A stretch of DNA of 64,000 nucleotides from assembly GCF_018350175.1 (NCBI RefSeq), contig NC_058369.1, positions 14,696,001 through 14,760,000 of the forward strand, written 5' to 3'. The notes beneath the pieces are model-generated. The model saw only the letters and a program-made list of their open reading frames with translations. It was not told where the DNA came from and did no database searches. Positions 39,650 through 55,290 of the stretch are shown here, piece by piece. Made by a program: the position numbers and the translations under genes. Origin of the DNA: Felis catus. Its lineage: Eukaryota. Numbering within the stretch: position 1 is the first letter of the stretch; each line of letters starts with the position of its first letter.

Positions 39650-40400
39650 AGACTAGCGCCTTGCTGAGACGGCCCCTTCCGACTCCTACCCAGCACTCTT
39701 TCCAACCCTCACGACCCCATCTACAGTCGGCCTGAGGGATGAAGTGGTCACTGTGTTCCGGGCAGAGGTAGTCTTTAACGGGACATCAGGGACTCGGCTG
39801 TGTTTTGGAGGGAAACCAGGCCCGAATCGCTGCCTTCGAGCACGCCATCGAGATGCTCCTCCCGCTTCCTAGAGGGGCAGCGGAAGGATGCTCCCGACCA
39901 GGGGCGAGGAGCCGCTGGTGACGCACTACCGGCCGCGCCACTGCTTTTCCGGCCTGGCGGGTAAACCTGCTCCCTGGGCTGGCGCGCACCTGTGGGACAG
40001 TAGTTGCCGCCCCGCGGGGAGCCCCCGGACCTCACGGTGAGCTGGCGGGGCCTTCGGGAGGGGAAAGGAGCGGCGCCGGGCGCCCTCGGCTGGGGCGGCG
40101 GGCCGAGGCTTCTGTAGAAAGCCTGTCCCGACCCCCATCTCCCCCCAGATTGCTGCCTGCGCGTGCGGCCCGGAACTCCCAGCGGCCTCGGCACCGGGCC
40201 CTGCACGGAGCAGAAGTCTAAGAACATGGTGGAGGGAATGAACGAATGAGTGATGACTGAGTGATGGGTAGATAGGTGATCAAGAGCTAGGACCCGTGTT
40301 CGGAAGCGAAGTCCCGGGGCTCAGAGTTCTCCGGCTGGGTACCAGCTACTCCCACCCCCCCGCCATGAATCCTGCAGCTCAGAAACATTTTTAGGGACCG
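39650..40400 (+). promoter_or_regulatory. CpG island, probable ZNF502 promoter and non-coding exon 1
   Basis: CpG-rich with a candidate donor cacg|gtgagc at about 40036. It is the nearest island upstream of ZNF502 and the downstream repeats are all antisense. Confidence 0.78.
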
Positions 40401-41323
40401 TCGTAATAGGAAAAGGCGGTAGTGTAAAGCGCACCAGGTGGCTAGTCTCGAGTCTCTGAGTCATAATTTTTGAGGCTACAGAGGCTGTTTCTTGATGTAT
40501 AAAGTTGGACTTTCCAGTAGTCAGTTGACAGCATGTATGCGATAGCACATATGGAAACGTCAGTGTCTGGCTACAAAATTTTACTCTCCGTTACTTGTCG
40601 AACATGATCCAGAACTCAGGGGCGGGGCTACAGAATGAGTGACGTTGGAGCCTGCCGTCTGCGAAGATGCAGCCAGTCTAGCGCTGGAAGATAGAGATGT
40701 GAGCGGATTTTTGTGATAATATTTTAAACTACACTTATTAACACTTAACATGTATCAGGCACTGTTCGAAGCAGTTGTGCTAATTTATTTGACCTAAACC
40801 GCAGTGTATTATCTGTAGTTCTTAATAAGCATGTTGAGATAGGGAAAGACTAGATGACTGTCTAAGGACACATTGCTACTAAGTGACCCAAGGTGCAGAA
40901 GAGAGATCGACTGTGCTGCTGCAGCCTGCATGAGTAGGTTACTTTTGGCCAACCGACAAATCCAAGAAGGGCTTCAGAGAGGAGTACAGTTAAGTGGGGC
41001 CTTATTGAGGGAACTGTCGCTTCAAATTCATCAAAAACCCCGCCTGGCTTGCCCATAATCCTTTCTGGCTAATTAGTGAGAGGTAAGGAGGTGGCATCGA
41101 GGAGAGAGCTTATAGGGTAAGCAAATACTTAATCCTGTATTACTTTTAACAGGATTAAGCTATTAAAAGTTTCTTTCCTTTTTACCCTTCACCACAATAC
41201 CTGTCTCTTCCCCAAAACCTGGATTCAGATCCTTTTATCATCTTAAAATCATTGACAGTCAGATTATTCTACACTAGGCATTGGTGGAGACACCTGTACA
41301 TTCCTTTCTGGGAAATTTATAGG

Positions 41324-41380
41324 CAAGGGGTTAGTAGACCATGGCCCACAGGTCAAATTTGGTCTGTCACCTGTTTCTGT

Positions 41381-41411
<31 letters not shown>

Positions 41412-41565
41412 TCTGAAACACAGCCGAGTTCATTTGTTTATATATTGTCTAGTTCTGTTTTTAAGCTACAAAGGCAAAGTTGAATAGCTATGACAGAGAC
41501 CGACCATATAGCCCATGAAGCCTAAAATACTTAGTTTTCTAGCCCTTTATAGAAAATATTTGCAG
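41324..41565 (-). mobile_element. MER58A-like MITE containing a poly(A) run
   Basis: Opposite orientation to the 36018 copy; A run at 41381-41406. Confidence 0.7.
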
Positions 41566-42269
41566 TTTGATATGAACTGCTGACAGTTCAGATGACCCAC
41601 GCTTGGAGGAGAGGGTTGACACCAAGATGTCTTTTCTTCTCCGTAGATTTTAGTATCAAACATGATAATGCTTGACCCCTGTGGAATGCCTGCCATGTGG
41701 AAGAAGACATCTTTATAAATGTTTTATATGAACTAACTCATTTAGTTAAGGCTTCACAGAATGTTAAAGCTGAATGGATTCATGGATGTTATCTGTTTTG
41801 TCAGTTTTGTCAGATAAATAGCTCGTCCTTTAGGCCCATTCACATGGGCTGTGACAGCAGTTTCTGATTCCCAGTTCAGTTCACTTTAATCTTTCTCTGA
41901 ACAAGAGGCCAATACCATACCCATTTGGTCTGGCATTTTGATGTTGTTGTTTTGGTTTCTGTTTTTTTTTGGTTGTGAAACCTGTGAGCAAGAACTGTCA
42001 TTTTTGTTTTATGTGATTGTTTCTCTCACCGTCAAAATAATTCATGCTTGTTGTAGGGAAAGTGAAATATATAGAAGAGTATAAAGGACAAAGGAAAGTA
42101 ACACATTAAATGACCTAGGGATCAGTGTGTTAACATTTTGGTGGATTTTCTTCTGTTCTTTGTATTTTGTATATATCTGTGTATTAATAATAGTTTCTGT
42201 TTATTGGATGTTTACTTAGTGCTGGTATATGTATGCATATTTTTTATTTTAATGTTTTGCATTCTGGGT

Positions 42270-43666
42270 TTTTTAAATTTTTAAAAAATGTTTATTTAAT
42301 TTTGAGAGAGAAACAGAGCACGAGTGGGGGAGGGGCAGAGAGAGAGGGAGACACAGAATCTGAAGTAGGCTCCAGGCTCTGAGCTGTCAGCACAGAACCC
42401 AACTCAGGGCCCGAACCCACAAACTGTGAGATTATGACCTGAGCTGAAGTCAGACGCTTAACCGACTGAGCCACCCAGGTGCCCCCCAAAATGATCTTTT
42501 TAAGGTCTTTTCTTCCAGAGTGTAGCTCTTATATTAACAACCATTACATCTATATATCAAGACTGATGGTTCCAATTAGTCAGTGAGGTCCAGGTTTTTG
42601 AGAGCTGTTAATATGTCCTTGAGCCATTACTGTAGCAGAGTTAAAAGGTGTACCTTTGAAGTTTTAGATTGAGGTTATCAGTTTCATTCATGAGCGAAGG
42701 CAGGAGTCCTGAGAATCATATGCTGTATTCCTCTGCAGATTCATTCACTGAAAGGTTCTCCAGTTCCCATACACAAAAGTTTATGAAGTTGCCAGATTCT
42801 GCTTCTCTGCCCTCACCCCATTTCAGAACAATAACCACTGAGAATCAGTCTTCCTCTGTAACCATTGAGAACCAGATATTGTAATAAGCATTTAGGAATT
42901 TTGTAGTGAACAAGACAAACAACCCCTTGACTTCATGACACCTAAGAGACCAGCAGAGCGAATACAACAAAATCAAGCAGGCATTTAGATAATTTTTCTA
43001 AAATCAAATTTATGTAGTTTTCTCTTGTTCCTTTTTTAAAAGTTAAAACAAATTTTTAAAAATTTTTTTTTTCAACGTGTTTTATTTTTTATTTTTGGGA
43101 CAGAGAGAGACAGAGCATGGACAGGGGAGGGGCAGAGAGAGAGGGAGACACAGAATCGGAAACAGGCTCTAGGCTCCGAGTCATCAGCCCAGAGCCCGAC
43201 GCGGGGCTCGAACTCACGGACCGCAAGATCGTGACCTGGCTGAAGTCGGACGCTTAACCGACTGCGCCACCCAGGCGCCCCATAAAACAAATTTTTTTAA
43301 ATGTTTTGAGAGACAGGGCACGAGTGGGGGAGGGGCAGAGAACAAGGGAGACACAGAATCTGAAGCAGGCTCCAGGCTCTGAGCTGTCAGCACAGAGCCT
43401 GATGCGGGGCGCGAACTCACAAACTGTGAGATCGTGACCTGAACTGAAGTTGGACGCTTAACCAAAGAAGCCACCCAGGTGTTCCCCTTTTTAAAAAGTT
43501 TTAAATATTAATTTCGGTATTGTTAACACAGAGTATTCTATTTCAGTGTACAATAGAGTGATTGAACAATTCCATACATTACTCAGTGCTCATCGTGATA
43601 AGTGTACCTTTTTTAAAAAATATATTCATTGTTGAGATAGTGGGAGAGCATGAGTCAGGGAGGGTC

Positions 43667-43719
<53 letters not shown>

Positions 43720-46700
43720 AAGAATCCAAAGCAGGCTCCAGGCTCTGAGCTGTCAGCCCAGAGCCTGATGCGGATCTCAAACCCACAAACCATGAGATCA
43801 TGATCTGAGCCAAAGTTGGACGATTAACTGATTGAGCCACCCAGGCATCCTGATAAATGTACTCTTTAATGCTTATCACCTATTTCACCCATCCCCCTCC
43901 CATCAGCCCTCTGGGAACCATCAGTTTGTTCTCTGTGGTTAAGAGTCTTTTTCTTGGTTTAGCTCTCTCTTTTTTCTTTGCTCATTTTTAAAACATGTTT
44001 ATTTATTTATTTTTGAGGGAGGGAAGGAGAAGGGTAGAGAGAGAAAGAGAGACTCTAAAGCAGGCTCTGTACTGTCAGTGCAGAGCCCGATGTGGGGTTG
44101 ATCCCACGAACTGTGAGATCATGACCTGATCTGAAATCAAGAGTGGGATGCTCAACCAACTGAGCCACCCAGGTGTCCCTCGTTTGTTAAATTCCACATG
44201 AGTGAAATCATATGCTATTTGTCTTTCTCTGACTTATTAAACTTAACATACTGTCTAGCTCTATGTTGTTGCAGATGGCAAGATTTTATTTTTTTATGGC
44301 TGAGTAATATTCCATTGTGTATATATACAACATCTTTATCCATTCATCTACTGATGGACACTTAAGCGGCTTCCATTATTTGGCTATTGTAAATAATGCT
44401 GCAATAAACATAGGGGTGCATGTATCACTTTGAATTAGTGTTTTTGTGTTTTTTGGGTAAATACCTAGTAGTATAATTACTGGATCATAGAGTAATTCTA
44501 TTTTTAACTTTTTGAGGAACCTCCATTCTGTTCCCACAGTGGCTGCACCCGTTTCCATTCCCACCAACAGTGCACGAGGGTTTCTTTTTCTCCACATTGT
44601 CTTCAACGTTTGTTTCTTGTGTTTCCGATTTTTGGTTTTGTATTCTCCTATTTCAACGTACTATGTTTTCTCATGAATATTCTTTGAAAATAGGACTTTT
44701 AAGAGTTATAAAATCTATCATATCGATATGCCATCAATGTTTATTCGCCTGTTGTTTTACAATTATATTAACAGTGTGATCTTTGTACTTAAATTTCTGT
44801 GCCTATCGCTAATTATATTTTTTCCCCTTTTTCTCTGATTATTGAAGCTGTTTATTCCTACAGGACTACTTTAAAACATTACACAAAGATAGGTCTTAAG
44901 ACAAAAGTTTACCATAATCGTATTCTTCAGAGATGATCATGGTTAACAATTTGATATATATTCTTAGAGATTTAAGTTAGTTTTTAAAAAAGAAAGCAAG
45001 ATGTAGATAATAGGGGAGATTTGGGAAGTAGAAGGGAAAATCATTCATAATATACCATATTACCATAGTGATTGATGTTTAATTTTCCTCCTTGACTTTA
45101 TTCATATGCACATTTTAACGTATATGCATGATATTATTATGTACTTAAAAATTTTATATCCTGCATGTTTTTCATTTATATAGAGCATATTTTTCCAAAT
45201 GATCACATATTTTCATTTTTAATTATTTTAATGTCTATATAATTGCCACCACGTGGAAGTACCATGATTTGCTAAGCATCAGTGTCCGTTAGTAGAAAGA
45301 TTGTGTTTTCCAACAACATTGCAGGGTATCTTTTTTTTTTTTTAATGTTTATTTATTTCTGAGACAGAGAGAGACAGAGCATGAATGGGGGAGGGACAGA
45401 GACAGAGAAGGGGGACACACAGAATCCGAAACAGGCTCCAGGCTCTGAACTGACAGCACAGAGCCTGACGTGGGGCTCGAACCCACAGACCTCGACATCA
45501 TGACCTGAGCTGAAGCCTGACGCTCAACTGACTGAGCCACCCAGGCACCCCCCCCTTTTTTTTCACAGGTAACAAAAGAATACAGCTTTTTTCTTCTTTG
45601 AGAAGTTCCTTCTTTCTGAGAAAGTTCTTTTTCTTTTTTTAATCTTTGTTTATTTTTGAGAGAGAGAAGGAGTGCAAGCAGGGGAGGAACAGAGAAGGAG
45701 ACACAGAATCCGAAGCAGGCTCCAGGCTTTGGGCTGTCAGAACAGAGCTGGAGGCGGGCATCAAACTCACAAACTGCGAGTTCATGACTTGAGCCAAGGT
45801 GGGACGCTTAACAGACTGAGCCACGGAGAGGCGCCCTGAGAGAGTTCTATTAGTAGAATTACTATTCTACTATTTGAAGAATATAGGCGTTTTATAGGCA
45901 TACTGATGACTCTAAGGACCTTCTGAGATACATTGTATATACTTAGTGAGTATTCTTTATTTAAAAAAATTTTTTTAAATGTATATTTATTTATTTATTT
46001 TAACATTTATTTATTTTTTAGACAGAGAGAGAGCATGAACAGGGGAGGGTCAGAGAAAGAGGGAGACACAGAATCTGAAACAGGCTCCAGGCTCTGAGCT
46101 GTCAGCACAGAGCCCGACGCGGGCTCAAACCCATGGACCGCGAGATCATAACCTGAGCCGAAGTCGGATGCTTAACCGACTGAGCCACCCAGGCGCCCCT
46201 AATGTTTATTTATTTTTGAGAGAGACAGAGACAAAATGCAAGTGGGGTAGGGCAGAGAGAGAGAGAGGGAGACACAGAATCTGAAGCGGGCTCCAGGCTC
46301 TGAGCTATCAGCACAGAGCCTGACGTGGGGCTCAATCTCACGAGCTGCAAGATCATGACCTGAGCCGAAGTCGGACGCTCAACTGACCGAGCCACCCAGG
46401 CGCCCCAGATAGTGAATATTCTTATCTGAGTTCCTATACCCACAAAATGGTGATCCTGTATTCCAACCGCAACTTAGCCTACAACTTTAAGACCTGATGT
46501 ATATTGCCAAAGTATCTCTAGGAGAATGGTACTAGTTTACGTTCCCATTGCTGGTATATGAGAAGCTCTTTCCCCATACCTTTGCCAGTCTTTTTTTTTT
46601 TTAAACATTTATTTTTATTTTTTGAGAGACATAGAGACAGAGCGTGAGTGGGGGAGCGGCAGAGAGAGAGAGAGGGAGTCACAGATTCTGAAGCAGGCTC

Positions 46701-46943
46701 CAGGCCCTGAGCTGTCAGCACAGAACCCTACCCGGGGCTCAAACTCACGACCCATGAGATCACGATCTGAGCCAAAGTGGGATGCTTAGCCAACTGAGCC
46801 ACCCAGATGCCCCTGCCAGTCTTGACTTTTAGCACTAAAAAGAAAATTTCCAATTTGACCTAAAAATAGATTCTTTATTCTTTTCAATTTCTTTGATTAC
46901 CACCAAGATGGAATTTTGTTTTGATAGGTTTATTGGCCTTTTG

Positions 46944-46990
<47 letters not shown>

Positions 46991-49719
46991 TTGTCTTTTA
47001 TAATTTTTGCTCTGTGTTATAGTTCCCATATTTTTTATGAGTTCATCTTTTTTCCTTACTCATTAATAAGAAGTCTTTTATCCATTAGGTCCATCTACTC
47101 CTTGATGTATAAATCAAAAGTACTTATCCCAGATTTTGTCTTTTGATTTTATTTGTATTTTGGATATAGAGATTGTTGCTTTTCTGTGACCAGATTTATC
47201 AAGTTTTGTCCCTTGTGGTTTGTGTTTTTTTGCATAATGCTTAGAAAAGTCTTCTCTAATCCTAAAGTCAGTCATTTCTTAATATTTTGTGGTTTCACTT
47301 TTTGTATGTAACCCTTTAATCAGTTTAGATTTATTTTGGTATATGGTGTGAGGTAGGAATCTTACTAAATGTTTTTTTCCAGGTAAGCAACAGTTGCAAC
47401 ATAATTCATAAGTAATCAATTTTGTATGACTAGAAATGCCAATTTTCTCATATATTAAATTCTTTTATTTATTTCTCTTTGGGGATTAGGAATCTCTAAA
47501 ATCAAAAGCCAGAGTTAAACTTCCTTTTATTTTTATTTTATTTTAAAAAATTTTTAATGTTTATTTCAGAGAGAGAGAGAGACAGAATGTAAGCAGGGGA
47601 GGGGCAGAGAGAGAGGGAGACACAGAATCTGAGGCAGGGTCCAGGCTCTGAGCTGTCAGCACAGAGCCTGATGCAGGGCTTGAGCTCACGAACTATGAGA
47701 TCATGACCTGAGCCAAAGTCGGACACTTAACCGACTGAGCCACCCAGGCACCCCAAACTTCCTTTTAAATATGTAAACTCATTGTTGAGGTTTTCCTAGA
47801 CACACTCATTTGTTGGTTTTATCTGTTACTCCCAGGATGTTAATTACTCTCTTTATGACACTTCTGTATTCCAGATATGTAAGTCTAGTTTCTACTTGGA
47901 TATTTGAAAACTAAACGTATCTTCTTTCTCTCCAGACTAGTGTTCCCATTGTCTCTAAAGGTCACTGTCATCACTCAAGCCCTAAACTGGCAAATTATCT
48001 TGACTTCTCCCTCACCCTTACACCTCTCCTAAATATTCATCCAGTCCTGTCGATTTTGTCTTTTAGTTGGTCCAGTCTCTTTACTGGACTGCTGAAACAA
48101 CCTCCCATGGAAGCTTCCAGCCTTCATCTTGCCTCTCCACCTTCCACCGTTCATACACAGTTTTCCTCTGTGCTATGGGCAGAAGGATGTGTGGGTTTTT
48201 TTTTTTTTAAACGTTTATTTATTTAAAAAAATTTTTTTTAATGTTTATTTTTTGAGAGAGAGCATGAGCAGGGGAGGGGCAGAGAGAGAGAGGGAGACAC
48301 AGAATCCGAAGCAGGCTCCAGGCTCTGAGCCGTCAGCACAGAGCCCGACGCAGGGCTCGAACTCACGGACTGTGAGATCATGACCTGAGTTGAAGTCAGA
48401 CGCTTAACCAACTGAGCCACCCAGGTGCCCCAGTGTTTACTTATTTTTGAGAGAGAAAGAGAGAGTGCAAGTGGGAATGGGCAGAGAGGAGCGAGACGCA
48501 GAGTCTGAAGCAGGCTCCAGGCTCTGTCTGTCAATACAGAGCCTAATGCGGAGCTCGAACTCATGAACTCTGAGATTGTGACTGGAGCTGAAGTCAGACA
48601 CTTAACTGTCTGAGCCACCCAGGTGCCCCAGGATATGTTTTTTGTTTAAACAGTAGATATACTCATGTTACTTTTTGCCCCCAAACCTTTTCATATTCCT
48701 TTTGTGGCTTTCTACTCACTTTCAGGTAAATTCCTTAAAATGTTTTTCAGGGTTGGATTTGATCTGGCTTTTTCTTGCCTCAGGCTTCATGTCTTATTTT
48801 TGTGCTTAATAATTTGTCTTACTGGATCTCTTTTTCATTTTTCCAAAGTACTGAGCAGGATTCCTTTTGTGTATCGTTTCATATCTCTGGTATATTCTCT
48901 TCTGTCCTTACCTGTCTCATTCCTTTTTATCTCTTTTTCAGCGAGGCTTTCTTTCCCAGACTACATCAGGGCCCCTCTGCTCTACATTCCAGCATCTCAT
49001 ATTTCTACTTTTGTAATTCCCATAATTGTAACTACACTTTAACGTCTTTGTCCGGCTGTAATGTAAGTTCTGGGTAGGTCGGGGCACGTCTGACTTTTTC
49101 TTCACTGTTTACCTCTGATTGTACTGAAACCCCACTCTACTTCATGGTTCTCTATAGGATTGTGTTGTGGGTTCTTTCTATGCCCCTCTTATAGAATAGG
49201 ATCAGGAAATCCCAGATAGACTCCTCTTAAACCTTTAAAATTTAGCACAGAGCCACAGGCTTTGGATGAGAATACCACAGTACCAGCCTTATGTATTTCA
49301 GTAGACTTGTGTTTTGAGCACTCGGTTATGGTAAAATCATCTCTCTGTCTTCCTTTTTCCTTGAAATAACGCTGCAGATTCTTCTTTTCACTTCAGGATT
49401 ATATGGGGAGACATTTTTGGATGAACAGTTGTGATTAAATATTACAAACATGAGAAACTCTGTACTATTTTTGCAATTTTTTTTTCTTTTTTTTTATTAA
49501 AAAAAATTTTTTTTCAACGTTTTTATTTATTTTGGGGACAGAGAGAGGCAGAGCATGAACGGGGGAGGGGCAGAGAGAGAGGGAGACACAGAATCGGAAA
49601 CAGGCTCCAGGCTCCGAGCCATCAGCCCAGAGCCCGACGCGGGGCTCGAACTCACGGACTGCGAGATCGTGACCTGGCTGAAGTCAGACGCTTAACCGAC
49701 TGCGCCACCCAGGCGCCCC
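42270..49719 (-). mobile_element. About 14 antisense CanSINEs and an L1 3' fragment (about 43505-44630) in the inferred ZNF502 5' intron
   Basis: Reverse SINEC bodies starting near 42270, 43050, 43290, 43640, 44000, 45330, 45635, 45990, 46200, 46590, 47530, 48200, 48430 and 49490. L1 ORF2 peptide LGIYPKNTKTLIQSDTCTPMFIAALFTIAK. Confidence 0.88.
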
Positions 49720-50381
49720 TAAGTGAAAAATTATTTCACAATTTAAATGAATTTTTTTCCCTTTTAAACTGCAGCCTGCGCTCTTCGTGTTGAGCTGTGC
49801 CTGAAGAGAAACTGTTTAGTTGATCTGACCTCTAGAAGAAAGGGCAATCAGCATACTTTCAAGTCGTACAAATAGAGTTCCCTCACTACTGTCCAGCTCC
49901 ATAGCATATAGTGGAGATGAGTGGATCAGACTTTAAAGCATTAGCTTTACTGTGAGGCCATTTCCCTGTGCAACTTTTGATTATATGGACTTTTTATATG
50001 GATTGTTGTATATAAAGACAGGGCACTAATTAACGTGAATACTTCCATCCACTTCATAGGTATCGTTCTGATTTATTCATCCAGCGCTTGAGTGTTTGCT
50101 AATGTGTCAGTCTGGCCGTCACTTTTTATACAGCTGACCAATGGAATTTGTGAAGCTGGAAGGCTGGAAGCCCACTGCGATTTGTGCTGATGCAGTCACT
50201 CTGCTATCTAGACATTTTGTGTCAGTTAGTAGATAGTGTTCCTAGGCAACCGTTCTTTCTCATTTTCCTGTTTACTGGGACAGTGATATCCCCTCCCCCA
50301 CCTTTTTTCCCCCTATGAGCAGGGCTCCCAGTTTTCCAACTCTGAAGTGTTTTCCTATCAAAGCAAAGAGAAGATTCGTGG

Positions 50382-50436
50382 ATGTTGAATATGCAAGGAG
50401 CTGACGAGCAAGAGCTCGGAAGAGAGGTTTGTCCAG
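50382..50436 (+). CDS. ZNF502: ZNF502 first coding exon (exon about 50323-50436)
   Basis: MLNMQGADEQELGREVCP resembles the recalled human MLNMQGAEERDIRRETCP. The CAG|GTGAGT donor is phase 1 and joins in frame to 50936. Confidence 0.88.
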
Positions 50437-50922
50437 GTGAGTGAGCAAAAGGGAAAACCAGGGGGACAGACAGCGGGACTTTGGACATTGTATAAGAGAA
50501 AGTGACCGAAGCTCAGGAAGGAAGATTACCCTGTGTTTTAGGGATGCTGGGGGGACATTGGGGAAGATGTGGGTGAGCGTCTCCTGGGACCAACTTTCCC
50601 CAGTACTCATTTTGTCTCCTTCCCAGCATTCTCTTGTCCATTTGCCCATGGTCCACTCTGAATACAAACCACGCCCTGATCTTCATCGTTTTCCCTGTAT
50701 TTCTACTGTCTCTGGTTCTCTCACTTCCTCTTCTGTGGGGCACCTTATTAATGGTGGTCACCTTACCCTAACACAGATCTCTTCCACCACTTGTAATTGA
50801 ATTACTTGCTCTACTTGCTTTTATCGGCCCTTACTTATATGCCATTATTGATCACGTCAGAATTAGGCCCCTGTAACTTCAGGGGCTTCCCCTCTGGCCT
50901 GCACAAGAGATATTCACTCTGA

Positions 50923-52509
<1,587 letters not shown>

Positions 52510-54589
52510 CCCTGGCATTCAGGTTATGACAGCTTCTCTAGAAATAGTGACTAGGAATCTGGCTGGGGCCGGGAGGGCAGGTACATTTCCTGGAGGGAGC
52601 ACCGACTGTTACACTCAGAAGAGTATTTCCAGTTACGGAGGCGGGAGCTTGGAGAATGCAGAGCCTACAGCTGGGCATCTGGGAATTCAGGGTAGAAAGG
52701 AAGTTCCCTGCTTTTCAGATGAATCTTTGCTGCTTGTCACTTCTCCTTGAGACTTTCACACCTTGAGGTGCTATTGTTTAGTTAGCACTTGTGTTTCCCT
52801 TACTGCACTCCTGCCCCACCTTCCCAGTTTGTGACCTGTGTTCTCTGGCCAGTAGGCTGAGGTGCTTTCCCAAACATTCAGTGTGAAAGTGGCAAGAGTT
52901 CTGAGGTAGTGCTAAGTAGCCTCCAGGTATCTGAGGCTGCTTTCAACATGCGATCTGTAGACGTGGTCTCATGAAGGAGAGGCGGAAATAAGGGAAAACA
53001 AAGAATCCTTATTCATTCAACAAATAAGGGGGTATGTGGCAAGCACTGGGCTTATGTCTACAGATATGTTAGTGAAGAAGGCTTTTCTTGGGGTGAGGGA
53101 GATCTTTTCTGATTCTTTCAAGATGGAAGGCAATTTGGGGCTAAAGTGGAAGTAGGAGGTCAAGAGAAACTTATCTTGAGCGATGCCAGTTTGGAAAGGG
53201 AGTCAGATCTGCTCAGAGGGCCAGGAAGAGGAAGGTCCAACCTTTGTCCCAGAGGAACACTGACTTACCCAGGAGGGACATAGTATGTGCTAGGCTGCTG
53301 GTGCTGAGGGACAACGTCCAAACAACCGTTAATGGGTGTTTAGGGAGGGGAAACCATTGGTGATAAAGACAGCCTTTTAGGTTGGCTGGATTCAGGGCTG
53401 CCGGACCAGTCCTTAAGAGAATGTTGGTTATTGTAGCGGGGAGGGCTAGGTATCATTTAATTATGCCATTGGTAGCTATAAACAGATTAGTTAGGTTTCA
53501 GGTGTTTCCATTTTTATTGGCACTATCTTATTCTTGGATATTTTACCCTTCCCTGCAGGTTAGGTGTAATTAGGGAAACACTGTCATGGGATAAATTTGG
53601 AAAGTGTTCTAGAGAGAATTACCTCTTTTTCAAATCCTTGAATGTTGAGACAGCACAGTTAGCCACTGACTATGATGGTATTTTATTCTTTTAAGAGAGA
53701 AGGCATGTTTTTTTCCTTTATTTCCTTACTCCCTTTCATGTTCTTCACTGCTACCCAGAGCTTGAGCTCTGAGAGATGAGGTGAGGATAGCCGTTGTCTG
53801 GTATTTGGAAGAGTTTCTATGCTCTGAAGTTTATACAGTTTCAAAAATAATGACTGTTAAAACAAAGTCAGTTGATTCTGGAGTGGTTGGTTACTTAGAA
53901 CTCAGTATTAATTTTTTTCCAGAGCAACTGTCTTATAAGTAGTGGTTTGAGCTATTAGTTACCACGAATAGGAACGTGGCAGAAATATCACTCTTTTCCT
54001 CTCTAGCTGTGAAGAGTATATTTTCAAAACCTGCCACAGGGCAACTAATAATTGAGTAAATCAATGCTTTATGGACAAAAATAACCCTGTTAAAACTTCA
54101 TGTTCATGAAAAATTATATTATTGAAAGGAAATATTGATGTATTTGTACTAAGTGAAAATAACGCTAAAGAATTCATTGCTGGCACATAGTAAATGTGTA
54201 ATAAATAATTGTTGAATTAATATATTTTAATCAAACTTTGCCCACCAGAAACTTTAGCAACTTCCTGGGTTATGTAGGTGTTTAGAATATTTATACACTA
54301 CTATCTTTAGAGTCTTGAGATTAGAGAGAATTGGGAGAGTTTTCTTAAGGAAGAAATGGGAAATCTAAGGATGAGACATCTCCAACTTTTTGTTCGAAAG
54401 CTTTTTAGAAATAGAATAGACACAACTCTTTTTTAAAATGGTACCATTTTTTGGTACCATTTTCACTTCCTGGGAAAACAGGAAGGAAAGGAACTTGTCA
54501 TCTTTCCACTCTCCTTATCCCATATTCTCACACTTGCAAATATTTGCTGCTGGCAAAATTCTCTCATTCGCAGGCCAACCATGTGCCTA

Positions 54590-55290
54590 CTTACTCTAGC
54601 TTGGCCCCAAATCCTGGAAATGCCCCCTCTGTCAATCTTGTACTCAGTCTTCGTATCCAAGCAGCCACTGTATCCTGCTTACATCTCCTAAATCTCAAAG
54701 CCATTCCCATTGCTACTGCTTTAGTCCACTCCCCAGTTTATTTCCTAGACCATTTTCCTATTTTCCAGTCAGTCTTCCAGTTACCCCACTAGGCCGTCTT
54801 TCACATTTCTTCTTGATGGTCTTTGAAAGACACAACTAGCAGTGCTGCTGTTACCTCAGAATATTCTAGCCCCTTAAAAGGCACATAAGGCTCCTATGTT
54901 GGCCCATGCCTACATCATCATCCTCAGGTGCCATTCCCTGCATTGCATGCTGTTCCATTGTGCAAATTCCATGATTCCCCATCACTGCTGGACTCAACTT
55001 TGGCACCTTTTGCACATCCTGTTTTTATTGCCTCAATATCCTTCCTTCTGCTTGCCTGGGAAGCTCCCCTTTGTCACTTGTGAACGTGCTCATGCAACAT
55101 CTCCTTTGAAGCTGTGTCTGGCCTCACATATTTTTTATTTGTGTATTTTAGATCTTCATTTTGTTTATCATGTTACATTGTAATGGCTTGTTTACAGATC
55201 TTTTCCCACTGAACTATCAGCTCTGTCAAAGCTGGGGCCATGTGATATTTATTCAGGTTTGTATCCACAGTCCCTGGAATTTAGAGTGTG
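54590..55290 (+). mobile_element. Degenerate L2 fragment
   Basis: Pyrimidine-rich L2-like body ending gtatccacagtccctggaa...ttcagtaaatatttgttga. Confidence 0.55.

Noticed and set aside
49965..50070. Possible KRAB-A remnant (ATFDYM, like VTFEDV) upstream of the ZNF502 KRAB-B-like exon; also tctctgg|gtaag near 59987
   Set aside because: Similarity is too short to distinguish from chance.
54435..54465. 16-bp palindrome aaaatggtaccatttt with a partial duplicate
   Set aside because: Local micro-duplication with no supporting context.
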